The notes under the pieces: generated by a model
The model's database searches: none
Told to the model about the DNA's origin: nothing
Seen by the model: the letters and a program-made list of their open reading frames with translations, nothing else
In this document: piece after piece, positions 25,030-56,971 of the stretch
Layout: every line of letters begins with the position of its first letter
How positions within the stretch are numbered: the first letter of the stretch is position 1
Translations under genes and position numbers: made by a program
Source of the DNA: the human T2T-CHM13v2.0 reference genome, Homo sapiens
Direction: 5' to 3' (one strand)
Length of the DNA stretch: 64,000 bases
NCBI RefSeq assembly: GCF_009914755.1
Contig: NC_060940.1

Positions 25030-25545
25030 TCAGCCTTCTCCCCAGCAGCCTGCCCCACCCTTCCAGATGGCTCCCAGCAGCTGCTCCAACCCTGAGTTCT
25101 CTGGAGCAGCTCCAATACCTGAGGACACACGTGAACTATTCCCTGTGAATTCCAGGACGACCACACTGACTAGCTGTGTGACCTCCATGGAGTTGCTTAA
25201 CCTCTCTGTACTTCAGTTTCTTCATCTGAGAAATGGGAGGATAATAATGGGATCTCCTTCTTGGACTACTGTGAAGATTAAATGCGACAATATGTGTGGA
25301 GGCTTAGCATCTGGCAGCTGTTATTCTGGGATCAACAACGCCAACCTCACATGGCCATAGAGAAGAGCTAAAGATGCTCTATAAAGAACTCCACACCCCA
25401 CCTACCTGCTTCCCCCAAGCTCCCCTGGGCTGAGAGTCCCACCAGCCTTCTTAAGTTGGAGGGAAATCTTGTGTGCCATCCAGAAATCCCCTAGGGATGG
25501 GACGCTCTGCCTGCAGCCCTGTGGGGAAGGTGGTTGGGGGCATCA

Positions 25546-28500
<2,955 letters not shown>

Positions 28501-28761
28501 TGCCAGGCCCATCTTCTTGTGCTCCTCTCTCCACAGCCCTCCCCACATTGAAGCTGTGACTGTGGTGTCTGTCTCCCTGAGAAATTCGAGGACAGGGCCT
28601 ATAGCCCCTTGTAGCTGTATTTCTGGCACCCGACCCTTTAGAGGCTTTCTGTATGAAGACACTTGTGCTCTCAGCATGGAATAAACCATCCAGGCTTCAG
28701 GGAGCCCACATGGGAGTGAGGGCAACAGGCTCTCTTCTGCCTTTTTGGGGTCACAGCTCTA

Positions 28762-29112
<351 letters not shown>

Positions 29113-29521
29113 TCAGGGGAGGAGCAGCCCACAGGGAGAGGGAGAGAGAGGCCACCTCCATCTGTTGGTGCTTACCTGGACAGGCTAGAGGGGAAGACCG
29201 GCCCAGGGGCTTCCTCGTTCAATTTATTATTCTCTTAGTCAGTCATTCAACAGACACTATTCAGAGTCTCACTCCCACCTCCAATCCCCCTGCCCCCCAC
29301 CCTGGATGGATCCTGTGAAGAATGTAAGGATGACCAATAAATGGTCCCTGCCCTCCCATTGCTCACAGTGCAGTCACAAAGGTAAGAGCCAGATGCAAAC
29401 ATCTGCACGGCCGGTCTGTTTACCAAGCACTCGGCAGAGTGATTTTCTTTGATGCCCCTTGAGAGTACTACTGTGCCCATTTTACAGATGCACATAGATG
29501 CACATGCCCTCATGCCCATAG

Positions 29522-33474
<3,953 letters not shown>

Positions 33475-33654
33475 AAATAGTGATAATTTGGATAGCACGA
33501 AATTTATTTGAATAAATTTGGTTCTGAAGCTTAGAAAGCAAGGGATATCTATGGTTTTTACCTAAAAGGGGTACTGTGAAGGGTTAATCAGACCTTTGCA
33601 TATAAAGTTAGCAACCTGTGGGAGGAGAATCCATAAAAAAATGAGATAAAATTA

Positions 33655-36077
<2,423 letters not shown>

Positions 36078-36154
36078 TCAATGCCCCTGCAGGTGTGACC
36101 AACTGAAACAGGAGAGTGCTGACGCCACCCAGTTTTGGGAGCCCCTTCCTGCTA

Positions 36155-36544
<390 letters not shown>

Positions 36545-36814
36545 CTACAGCTGTTCAGGAGGGAAGAGTCTCCTGCCCTTAACTTAGGGTGCAGGTCAAG
36601 TTCCTGCTCTGTGGGCCCCTGGGAGCCAGGTCTGCTCCTTATTCTTTCTCATTGTGGCTTGGACCCCTGGGCTACCTTGCCAGAGACAGGTCAGAAGAAG
36701 GTCTCACTGGATGGAGACTTAGAAAAAGACACTCTAGAATCAAAGACATACGGGATAAGGCAGGACATGCCCAGGCAGCCCACACATGGGTCTGCGATTT
36801 TGGTGCTTTAGTAA

Positions 36815-40471
<3,657 letters not shown>

Positions 40472-40778
40472 CTACAGGGCACCGTGAGCAACATCCCGTG
40501 CTCATTCATCACGCTCTGTAGGTGACAGGGGCTGTGCTAGGTTTATGTGCACTGTCTCATCAACTCCCAATGAGACCCTGTGAAGTAGGTGTTGGTTACT
40601 ATTGTCCCCTTTCTGTGACCATAGCTACCCAGCTGGTAGCACCAGAGCCAGAGCTATAGCTCAAACAGTCTGGCTTCAAACAGTGTGCCCCTAAACTCCA
40701 CACCACAGGTTTCACATCAAACACTGTCCCCTGACCATCACCACTGCCCCAGTCTATTAAGACCCTTGTTCCTTGTAC

Positions 40779-40963
40779 CTGGATGAACTTGGTTTCCGGG
40801 GACAGTTCCCACTGGGGTCTGCGGCGGTCAAGCAGAATGACGGAAGTGCCGCTCTTGGCTAGGTGGGATCCCAGGCTGAAGCCCAGGTAGCCTCCTCCTC
40901 CAGTCACTAGAACCTTCTGCCTGGCAGCCTTTGTAGGTTTGGCTTGAGTCTTCTGCTGCGGCG
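40779..40963 (-). CDS. SDR42E2: SDR42E2 Rossmann-fold exon (A-PQQK...[11 protein letters not shown]...KFIQ)
   Basis: TGxxGxxG NAD-binding motif and acidic residue (LLDRR) after beta-2; donor CAG|GTACAA. The 5' boundary is the weak acceptor ACACCAG|CG, or the exon is continuous with the upstream one. Confidence 0.92.
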
Positions 40964-41575
40964 CTGGTGTTGGGGTTGTTGTTGACTCACTGGGTCTGGG
41001 CCCAGTCCCAGACCCCTGTCTGAGCCCAGGCCCTAGCTCTGGCTCAGGTGTAGACCCAGCTCCTGCCCCAGGTACTGATCCAGCTCCCGGCCCAGGTACC
41101 GATCCAGCTCCCGGCCCAGGTACCGATCCAGCTCCCGGCCCAGGTACAGACCCAGCTCCTGGCCCAGCTCCTACACCAGGTCCCAACCCACCTCCTAGAC
41201 CAGGTCCCGACCCAGCTCCTGGTCCAGGTACAGACCCAGCTCCTGGCCCAGGTACGGACCCAGCTCCTGGCCCAGGTACGGACCCAGCTCCTGGCCCAGG
41301 TACGGACCTAGCTCCTAGACCAGGTACGGACCCAGCTCCTGGCCCAGGTACAGACCCAGCTCCTGGCCCAGGCCCTAGACCTGGTCCAGTCCCTGAAATA
41401 GCACCAGGCCTCGGAACAGTACCAGAACCCGCCTGAGGTCCTGGAATAGCTTTGGGCCCCAGTCCAGGCCCTGGAATGGCACCAGGCTTTGGTGCAGGCC
41501 TTGACTCAGACCCTGAGCCAGACCTTGGACCTGAGACCTCTCCACAGGCCTGGCAGACAGGGCAGCTCTTCTCAC
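40964..41575 (-). CDS. SDR42E2: In-frame retained intron / exitron of SDR42E2 (612 nt, 204 codons, Gly-Pro-rich)
   Basis: Bounded by GTGAG...CAG, length divisible by 3 and stop-free in the ORF 40599..41630. Confidence 0.7.
41045..41372 (-). repeat. 24-nt coding minisatellite, unit GPGAGSVP (~12 units in two blocks)
   Basis: + strand unit CCAGGTAC(G/A/C)GA(C/T)CCAGCTCC(T/C)GGC; 9 exact GPGAGSVP copies plus 3 variants in the translation. Confidence 0.95.
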
Positions 41576-41630
41576 CCTGGCCTGCAGCTTTGCAGGCCTC
41601 TAGGGAGGAGCGTGGGGGGTTGGACTTCAT
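41576..41630 (-). CDS. SDR42E2: SDR42E2 first coding segment ([18 protein letters not shown]); exon begins at 41666
   Basis: Acceptor TTTTTTTCCCACAG|GTG at 41666; ATG at 41630 with A at -3; donor CAGG|GTGAGA. The 12 coding segments sum to 1269 nt = 422 aa + stop. Confidence 0.9.
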
Positions 41631-41825
41631 CCTCTACTGAGCCATGCAGACCCAGAAACCGACCACCTGTGGGAAAAAAAATAGAAGAAAGAATGCTCTA
41701 GAATCGTTTCAAGTCACATAAATTATTAGACCTCTAGGACTGAGGGGAACTCCAGGTGGAAATTAGAAATTCTCTGAGTTCCCAGGGAACCTGCCCCTTT
41801 CAGAATCTCAAGAATCTCCAGTGTG

Positions 41826-43789
<1,964 letters not shown>

Positions 43790-44529
43790 CACTCATGGAT
43801 TTAATGAGAGAGACTGCAAACCATCATGAGCAGGGGCCTAAATCCCCGAGAGGGAGAGGAGAGGATGCAGCCCCACAGCGAGCCCTCCTCCTGTACTCAG
43901 GCCCAGAGGACTCTGTTCTGGGGAAGGGTCTATGGGACCAGAGCTGACTTTCTACCCTAAGAGGATGCCTTTTGTGGCAAAGGCTGGACTCAGCCTTGGA
44001 TACTCACTTATTGGGGTGTGCCCTTGGGTAAGGGCCTTAAAACCTCACTGTACCTTAGTACCCACAACCGCGAATGGACCCAAATATTTCTGGCTGCTCT
44101 GGCTCCTCACAGGGTGGTCATGAGAAAACAGACGCCAGAATGCCTTGCGAGGCTAGATTGCAAAGCTCCAGGAGGATTTCATTCCCTGGAGTGTCCCAGC
44201 ACCTAGAACAGTGCCTGGCGCAAAGCAGGCGGCCAGCAAATGCTGCTGGGTGAACAAAATCTCTGGGGCGTGTTCGGGATCTGGCTGTGCTATGGTCGCG
44301 CGCCAGACCCACCCTGGACATGGCTTCACTCATTCTTTTGGAAGTTCAGTGAAGTACAGGCTATGGTTCCCATTACCCAGAGGTGGAAACTGAGGCCCAG
44401 AGAACATGAGGAAACTTTGATGGAGTCACAGACAGTGTCTCCGCCGGAATCCAGGTCGATGGGGACCCCAAAAGCGGGTTTGGTGGAAGGAACTGGCAAA
44501 AGGGTGGGGAGCATCAGGGACTGACCCTG

Positions 44530-44960
44530 AGAGCGCTGGGCTCGCGGGCAGCTCCAGGGTGGGGGTCCCCTCCCCTCTTGGCTCCCTCACCCTCCCTGTC
44601 CCTCCAGCACCTGCGTCCCTCCCTGGCCCGCGTCCGGGCTTCGCTCACCTGGCCCGGGCTCCCGCGGCGCTGCGTGCTCCCCGCGCTGCGCCAGTCTCCG
44701 CGCCGCCAGGGCCACCGGGCCACCTCCTTCTCCCGAGGAGGGCAGAAAGGGGCGGGGCGGGGCGGGACGAGGCATCCGGACCGCCCCCCGCCCGCTCTTC
44801 TGCCCGCCCACTCCCGGCGCGGGAGCACCTGCATTCTCTCAGGTGGAGACCCGCGGGCTCTCATAGAGGGGAAACTGAAGCCAGTAGGGCTGGGATGGGC
44901 GAAATGGTCCACGCTTCTTGTGGGAAAAGACGCAAAGGCCCTGCGTGCCGGGCTCTGTCC
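44530..44960. promoter_or_regulatory. SDR42E2: CpG-island promoter of SDR42E2
   Basis: High CpG density; GGGGCGGGGCGGGGCGGG triple Sp1 box at ~44748-44766. Confidence 0.75.
44649..44710 (-). other. SDR42E2: Probable non-coding exon 1 of SDR42E2 (TSS approximate)
   Basis: Donor CAG|GTGAGC at 44649/44648 inside a CpG island, just downstream of tandem GC boxes. Confidence 0.65.
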
Positions 44961-44999
44961 TGCAGGCCAAGTCGTCCTAGAACCCCAAGAAAAAGGGTT

Positions 45000-45410
45000 T
45001 CATCTATATGTAGGAGCAGAATTGCTGGGTCATATGATTACTCTGTGTTTAGAGAAGAACCGCCAAACTGTTTTCTAAAGTAGCTGTACCATTTTACAAT
45101 CCTACCAGCAGTGTATAGGGTTCCAATACTTCCGCATCCTTACCAACACTTATTATTATATCTATGTTTAAAATTTTAACTATTCTACTGGGTGTGAAGT
45201 GGTGTCTCATTGTGGTTTCATTTGAATTTCCTGATAGCTAATGCTGCTGAACATGTTTTCATGTGCTCATTGGCACATTAATGTGTTTTCTTTGGAGAAG
45301 TGTCTGTTCAAATCCTTTGCTCATTTTCAGTTGAGTTATTTGTTGACTTTTAAGAGTTCTTTGTATATTCTGGATACAAATCCTTCATCAGATAAATGAT
45401 TTGCAAATAT
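45000..45410 (-). mobile_element. Old L1M ORF2-end fragment
   Basis: AATTGCTGGGTCATATG...CCAAACTGTTTTC...GTGTGAAGTGGTGTCTCATTGTGGTTT...TTTGGAGAAGTGTCTGTTCAAATCCTTTGC. Confidence 0.85.
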
Positions 45411-45440
45411 TTAAACAAAAACAAAAAACCAAAAAAGTTC

Positions 45441-45875
45441 TTCCATCATCCATCCTTCCACCTATCCATCCATCCTTCCATCCATCCATCCTTCCACCTA
45501 TCCATCCAACCTTCCATCCATCCATCCTTCCACCTATCCATCCAACCTTCCATCCATCCAGCCTTCCACCTATCCATCCAGCCTTCCACCTATCCATCTA
45601 ACCTTCCATCATCCATCCTTCCACTTATCCATCCAATCTTCTCCCTGACCATCCTTCTGCTTATCCATCCAACCTTCCATCCATCTGTACTTCTACCTGT
45701 CCATCCAGCTTTCCATCCATCTTTATTTCAACCTGTCCTTTCCATCCATCTGTATTTCAACCTATCCATACAACCTGTCATCCATCCATTCTTAAACCTG
45801 TCCATCCAACCTTCCATCATCTATCCTTCCACCTATCCATCCAAATTTCCATCCATCCAACCTTCCACCCATCTA
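45441..45875. repeat. (TCCA)n-derived low-complexity repeat with 36-nt higher-order period
   Basis: CATCCATCCTTCCACCTATCCATCCAACCTTCCATC repeated ~4 times, then decaying. Confidence 0.9.
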
Positions 45876-46015
45876 ATTCATTACATATATCTTTCTTTCC
45901 TTGCTTCTACCCATCTATCTACTCTCCCTGTCTTGCAATCTTCCACTTATCTCTGTTGATTTATGCATCAATCACATCATTCTATTTTGATGGGTGCTTC
46001 TTCAGTGCTGGATCA

Positions 46016-46350
<335 letters not shown>

Positions 46351-47064
46351 TCATGTTCAAGTGGCAGTATTGGAGGGTCAGGCATGTGCCCAAGAGCTCA
46401 CAACTGCTGTAATGGAGCCACAGGGGCTGAGAGCAGGAAGGGCTGGTCACTTTGCTCTGAAAAGGGCAACTGAAAAAGCCTCCACCCATACAACACCCTC
46501 TGTGGGCATAGGTGTGGGGAAGAGAAAAACAAAATCTTAGTCTGCATGTTCTATGAGCCAGATGGTAAGAGATCTTGTTTAATCCTCACAACTCTGTTTT
46601 AGCTCAATTTTAGAGACAGGGAAACAGGTTCAGAAAAGGGGCTCCAAATGTGGTGGGGAAAAGCCATAGGGTCAGTCCTGGATTTAAATCTTGGCTTTGC
46701 CACTTTCTTGCTGTGTGTCTTTGAGCAGCTACGAGGCTCAGTTTCCTCATCTGTAAACTGCAAATGATGTGCACTTTATAGTTGTCATGCTGTGAGGTTT
46801 ATGGCTAACATGCTCTATGCAAAATGTTGAGCATGGTGCTGGCTCAATCAGTGTGCAAACAATGGTAGCTGTTCTCCTCATTACATGGGAGGTTGGGATT
46901 TGAACCTAGGTCCTGTCCTTCCCCACTTCATAAGCCATGTGTTTGGTTCAACCTTCCATTCACAAAGGCCAGCCTATTCTTCTCCCACCAACAGGGCCAG
47001 AGAACTCATATTCCCCAGTACCAGCTGCTGATATTGTCTTGCAAAGAGAAGCATAACTTACATC

Positions 47065-47489
47065 TGTGACGGGTTGAATTGTGTTCTTCACAAAATTCAT
47101 ATGTGGAAGTCCCAATCCCATGTACTTAACCCTAACTCTCCAAATAAAGTCACTGCAGATGTAATGAGTTAAGGTCATAGTGGAGTAGGGTGGGCCCCTA
47201 CTCCAGTATGATTGGTGTTCTTATAAAGAGGGGAAATTTGAACAGAGACATGCACATAGGCAGAGCTTCATGTGAAGGCTGTAGTTATGCTGCCCAAAGC
47301 CAAGGAACTACCAGAATGGAGGAGAGAAGTCTGGAACGGATCCTTCCCAGTGTCTTCAGAGGGAGCATGGCCCTGAGGGCATCTTAATCTTGAATTTCCA
47401 GCTTCCAGAACAATAAGAGAATACATTTCTGTTGTTTCATCCACTCAATTTGTGGTACTTTGTTATGACAGCTCTAGCAAATGAATACA
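47065..47489 (+). mobile_element. MLT1B/C-type solo LTR
   Basis: TGTGACGGGTTGAATTGTG...GGAGTAGGGTGGGCCCCTA...CAGAGGGAGCATGGCCCTG...CTAGCAAATGAATACA. Confidence 0.8.
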
Positions 47490-47650
47490 ACCACCACAGG
47501 CCCTTTTCTCTGTATTTACAGACGTGACCCAAAATGGCAGCTGTGCAAGATGGACCAGACTGAGATTTACCATGGCAGGGGTTGTGGTCACCACTGCCTT
47601 CCTGGGCCCAGCACAGAGCCTGGCCAAAGCAGGGTCTCATCAAGCCTTAG

Positions 47651-51181
<3,531 letters not shown>

Positions 51182-51310
51182 CTGTTTAGAGGAATCATTA
51201 TTTTTTAACCAAAGTTATTATTGACCACAAAATAGAGCATGCCACTTGGTGCTTAGTGCACACTCAGGTAGTATGGGGTCTAGCCCCTCCCCTTACCTGA
51301 GAACACTTCT

Positions 51311-51362
51311 CTAGGAAAGAGTGACCTTTGGTTCTGCATCATTTTTCTTCTGGAGTTGGGAT
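51311..51362 (-). CDS. VWA3A: VWA3A last coding exon (R-SQLQKKNDAEPKVTLS*); exon continues to 51297
   Basis: Acceptor CCCACCAG|A, TAG at 51313-51311, donor CAG|GTAAGG at 51297. Confidence 0.88.
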
Positions 51363-51548
51363 CTGGTGGGCAGGAGATGAAGAAAGATGGTCTCCCTGGT
51401 GCCCAGATTTCTGGGCTGGCTGGGAGAAGCAGGGCAGGAACCCTTGGAGCAAGGGTACCATCATGGGTGCGGCCCTTCTCGATGGGGTCCGGGGTCTGCA
51501 TGGGCTGTAGCCACATGGCAGGCCGGAGAGGCTGCGTGAAGGGCATAC

Positions 51549-51646
51549 CTGAAGGATTGGGCCTGCCAGAGGAAGCTTCTGGCCTTGGTGATCTCCTGGG
51601 CCAGGATCCTTAAATCATCTCCTTCAAATGGTGGCAATGTGGGATC
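51549..51646 (-). CDS. VWA3A: VWA3A coding exon (DPTLPPFEGDDLRILAQEITKARSFLWQAQSF)
   Basis: Acceptor TTTTCAAG|GAT, donor CAG|GTATGC; 98 nt. Confidence 0.9.
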
Positions 51647-52214
51647 CTTGAAAAGAGGAAATGAGTGTGAAGTTTATGACTGGATGGGAGCTGAAAATCC
51701 AAAATCTCAGGAAAAGCATTTTAGAGCTAATCACGTTCTGGTTTCCATCCAGTGCAGGAAATCTTGTGAGCCTCTGCTTGTATATCTCCAGGGTCAGGAA
51801 GCTCACTACCTATCAAGACAGTCATTCTGCAAAGGGGAAACTTTGAAATATGGTGTCTGAGAGTCAGTGTAGGGAGGGGACGGTGGCAAAGTACGATGGT
51901 GTCAGAATCTGAGTGAAAGTGGCCCCACTCTGGTCCAGTGGAACAGAAATGACACCGTTTCCTTATCTCAGCGCTATTCAGTAGAATCTGTTCAGCCATT
52001 TTTTGCATTTCTTCTAGTGAAGTAGACTTACAGGTATGCTTTTTATTTGGTTGATTTTAGAGACAGAGCCTTGCTCTGTTGTCCTGGCTGCAGGGCAGTG
52101 GCGTGATCACGGCTCACTGTAGCCTCGACCTCCTGGGCTCAAGCTATCCTCCCACTTCAGCCTCCCAAGTAGCTAGGACCACAGGCATGTGCCACCACAC
52201 CTGGCTGAGGCATG

Positions 52215-52536
<322 letters not shown>

Positions 52537-52592
52537 TGAGGCATGCTTTTTAAAAAAAATGTTAACTAATAAAATTTCGCCACCTATCCTTA

Positions 52593-52964
<372 letters not shown>

Positions 52965-53308
52965 TCAGAGAATCTGATTGGATAAGGAATTAAGCTGAGA
53001 GCCTTAAACATATCATCACTTGTTTTCCTGTGTAATAAGGACGCTTGGGTGAATATTCATTACTTTTACCAATTTGTTCAGTTCTCTGTATTATTTATAA
53101 TACTTGTCCCTAGAAGAGCTAGTTGAACCAAAGGAGTCATGTAAGGCTACCCAGGCTTCAAAGATTATGCCAGCCGAGCCTGACGGTTCACACCTGTAAT
53201 CCCAACACTTTGGGAAGCTCAGGCGGGAGGATTACTTAATCCTAGGAGTTTGAGATCAGCCTGGGCAACATGGTGAGATCCTGTTTCTACAAAAAATTAA
53301 AGAAATTA

Positions 53309-53473
<165 letters not shown>

Positions 53474-54577
53474 TTATGCCATGTCCTGTGAAAGTAACCT
53501 TTAACCTCTGAAAAGAAATCTGGAATTCTGATTGGTTGTCTTACTTGATAATTTGTTGCGCTGGGAATGTTATCACTGACAACATTGCATTCCTAAAAGG
53601 TATAAATAAGTGCAGAATTTTCCTATTAAGTCAGAAGTGGATCATTGAAATCTATGACTTTACTAGACTTATTACTTAATAGATAACCTATGACTTTGCC
53701 AGATCTATTGCTTAACAGATAACTTGAATGTCTGTATTTCAATGAATTGAACCCCAGAAGACACAAATATGCAGGAATTAAAGCACAAAGTTTAAGATCA
53801 TGGGTGTCTTGGGGCTCTAGCTATACCACTTCCTCTGACTAGTTTTTATTGTTGTTGTTTGTTTGTTTTGAGACGGAGTCTTGCTCTGACACTCAGGCTG
53901 AAGTGCAGTGGCGCAATCTCGGCTGACTGCAACCTGGGTCTCCCAGGCTTAAGCAATTCTGCCTCAGCCTCCCGAGTAACTGGGATTACACGTGCATGCC
54001 ACCATGCCTGGCTAATTTTTGTATTTTTAGTACAGACGTCATTTCACCATGTTGGCCAGGCTGGTCTCAAACTCCTGACCTCAAGTGATCCACCCACCTC
54101 GGCCTCCCAAAGTGATGGGATTACAGGTGTGAACCACCGTGCCCAGCTTTAGGTGTATTCTTAAACCTTGCTGGCCCTCTCGTTCACCTGTTAAATGGGT
54201 ATAATATTAAAAGAGGTTATCTACATAAAGCCACATAAATTTCCAACAAAGGCAAACTGGCCTGACCATCAGGAAATATAACACCCTCAAATCCTGCTTC
54301 TTTCCCAGCCTTGAGGAGAGTCAGCCTAAAAGGACAGCAGCAGGGAAACCCAATCCTTTTCAGCTAATATTTTGTCTCAACGAAAAGCAGAGATCTTTTT
54401 CGTCAGAAGGAAAACCCAGGATGGGCGTGGTGGCTCATGCCTGTAATCCCAACATTTTGGGAGGCCGAGGTGGGAGGTTCACTTGAGCCCAGGAGTTCAA
54501 GAAGGAAAACCCCATGCCTGTTGATATTTTATCGAGCCGTTTCAACAGACCTCATGCTCAGTGGCTCTGCAACCTAC

Positions 54578-54701
54578 CTTTTCATTGATGAAGCCTTTGG
54601 TCAGCAGGCTGTGAATTTTGGAGAGTGTGTCCTCACCCACAGGGCAGTGATAGCGTCCGCCGGTGAAGGAAGCCAGCTTTCTCAGGAACTCAACCGCCGC
54701 T
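54578..54701 (-). CDS. VWA3A: VWA3A coding exon (R-AAVEFLRKLASFTGGRYH...GFINEK)
   Basis: Acceptor CCTTCCAG|A, donor AAG|GTAGGT; 124 nt; LxxLAxxTGGxY VWA-domain end motif. Confidence 0.92.
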
Positions 54702-54942
54702 CTGGAAGGAAGGGACAGAGGGCTGGTGGGAAGGCTGACTGACCAGGCAAGTTCGTGTGACTCCCCACGTCCATGGGGAACTTAAGTCCGTGGGGCTTAA
54801 GAGAAATCAGCCTGGCAATGGGCCGTGGCTTGTCCCATGGAGACCACCATTAGAGGACACTTTCCCCACCAGCTTCTGGACAGCTATAGCAACTGCTGCT
54901 GCTTGAGGGAAGAGGAGTCCCCGTGTGAGTGTCACCATTTAG

Positions 54943-55340
<398 letters not shown>

Positions 55341-55470
55341 TAAAGGACACACATATTACACTTATGGGGCTCATGGTTTAGACCAAGAGATAAAATGTGT
55401 CCCTATGCAGTCTGTTTTGCTAATAATAAAGTTTTTTTTTTTTTGAAGGAGCTGAGTATGTCTTATCTGA

Positions 55471-55623
<153 letters not shown>

Positions 55624-55864
55624 TAGCACATGGTCTATAGTGATCGTTTATAAAAAAAAATAACCATGACAATGCTACATTAATATTTTTCTCTCTGGCT
55701 TTTCCCCTAAATGTCCCCTAAATATTCACAAATGTGATCCCAGGGAAGAGTAGGAGGGAGACTGTAAAATGACTGTGTGAATCCCTTGCAAATGTGTTTC
55801 CAGGCTGGAGGAAGTCAGAGGGAAATATCTGGGTAAAGAGAGGGGTTTTCACCCTGTGGTGTGA

Positions 55865-56038
<174 letters not shown>

Positions 56039-56365
56039 TGAGTAGCTGGGATTACAGGCGCCTACCACCACACCTGTCTAATTTTTGTATTTTTAGTAGA
56101 GACAGGGTTTCACCATGTTGGCCAGACTGGTCTTGAACTCCTGACCTCAAGTGATCCACCTGCCTCAACCTCCCAAAATGCTGGGATTACAGGCGTGAGC
56201 CAGCATGCCCGGCCGCTTCTCCTAATTTCTGATTTACAGGATTAGGGCCCAGGAGAAACCCGTGTCTAAGTGAGCAGCTAGATTAGGTGAGGGGCTTGGA
56301 TCTCCCTGCTGAGATGTGTGGCTGTGGAAAAAGAATAAAACTCAGTCAGACTCCATATTGCGCAC

Positions 56366-56517
56366 CTGTCTGAGCAGTTCAAGGAAATGGTGTGCACTTT
56401 CACATCTCTTTTCTCCCTGAGTTTTTGGACTTCATTTAGGACAAGGCTGCAGCTTGTGTCTGGCTTTCCGTCGGTCAGGAGGTACAATCCTTCCAGATCA
56501 TGGAAACTGAAAGCTTT
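56366..56517 (-). CDS. VWA3A: VWA3A coding exon (KAFSFHDLEGLYLLTDGKPD...SLNCSD)
   Basis: Acceptor TCTTTCAG|AAA, donor CAG|GTGCGC; 152 nt; VWA LLTDG motif. Confidence 0.93.
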
Positions 56518-56812
56518 CTGAAAGAACGCAGGAAGGCTGTCAGGCTCAGGGGAGAGGCTCACCCAGAACACAAGAACCAAATGCCTAAAGGTAGTGCCTG
56601 CTGCCGCCTCTGCCAAAATGCATCTGATTGGATGCCACTGACCTGTTCAAAAAGACTGAGATTCTCTTTCAGCCTCAGACAGACTAAGGAAGCTGCTGAG
56701 GTTTAGGAGAAATAGCATGGTTCACTGCCTAGCTGGTTAATCCCAAGCAAGTCACTTAACCTCTCTGAGCCTCTGTGTCTTCATCTATTTTTTTTAATTT
56801 TTATTTTTTTGA

Positions 56813-56971
<159 letters not shown>

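Noticed and set aside
41045-41372. Regularly spaced direct repeats resembling a CRISPR array
   Set aside because: Units are head-to-tail with no unique spacers, in human DNA with no cas genes; it is a coding minisatellite.
44649-44912. ATG at 44912 in frame with the SDR42E2 exon 1 donor, suggesting a longer N-terminus
   Set aside because: It lies upstream of the GC boxes and likely TSS, and the spliced frame stops at the TAG at 41636-41634 before the main ATG.
45396-45959. 187-aa His/Pro/Ser/Ile-rich ORF
   Set aside because: Translation of the (TCCA)n repeat.
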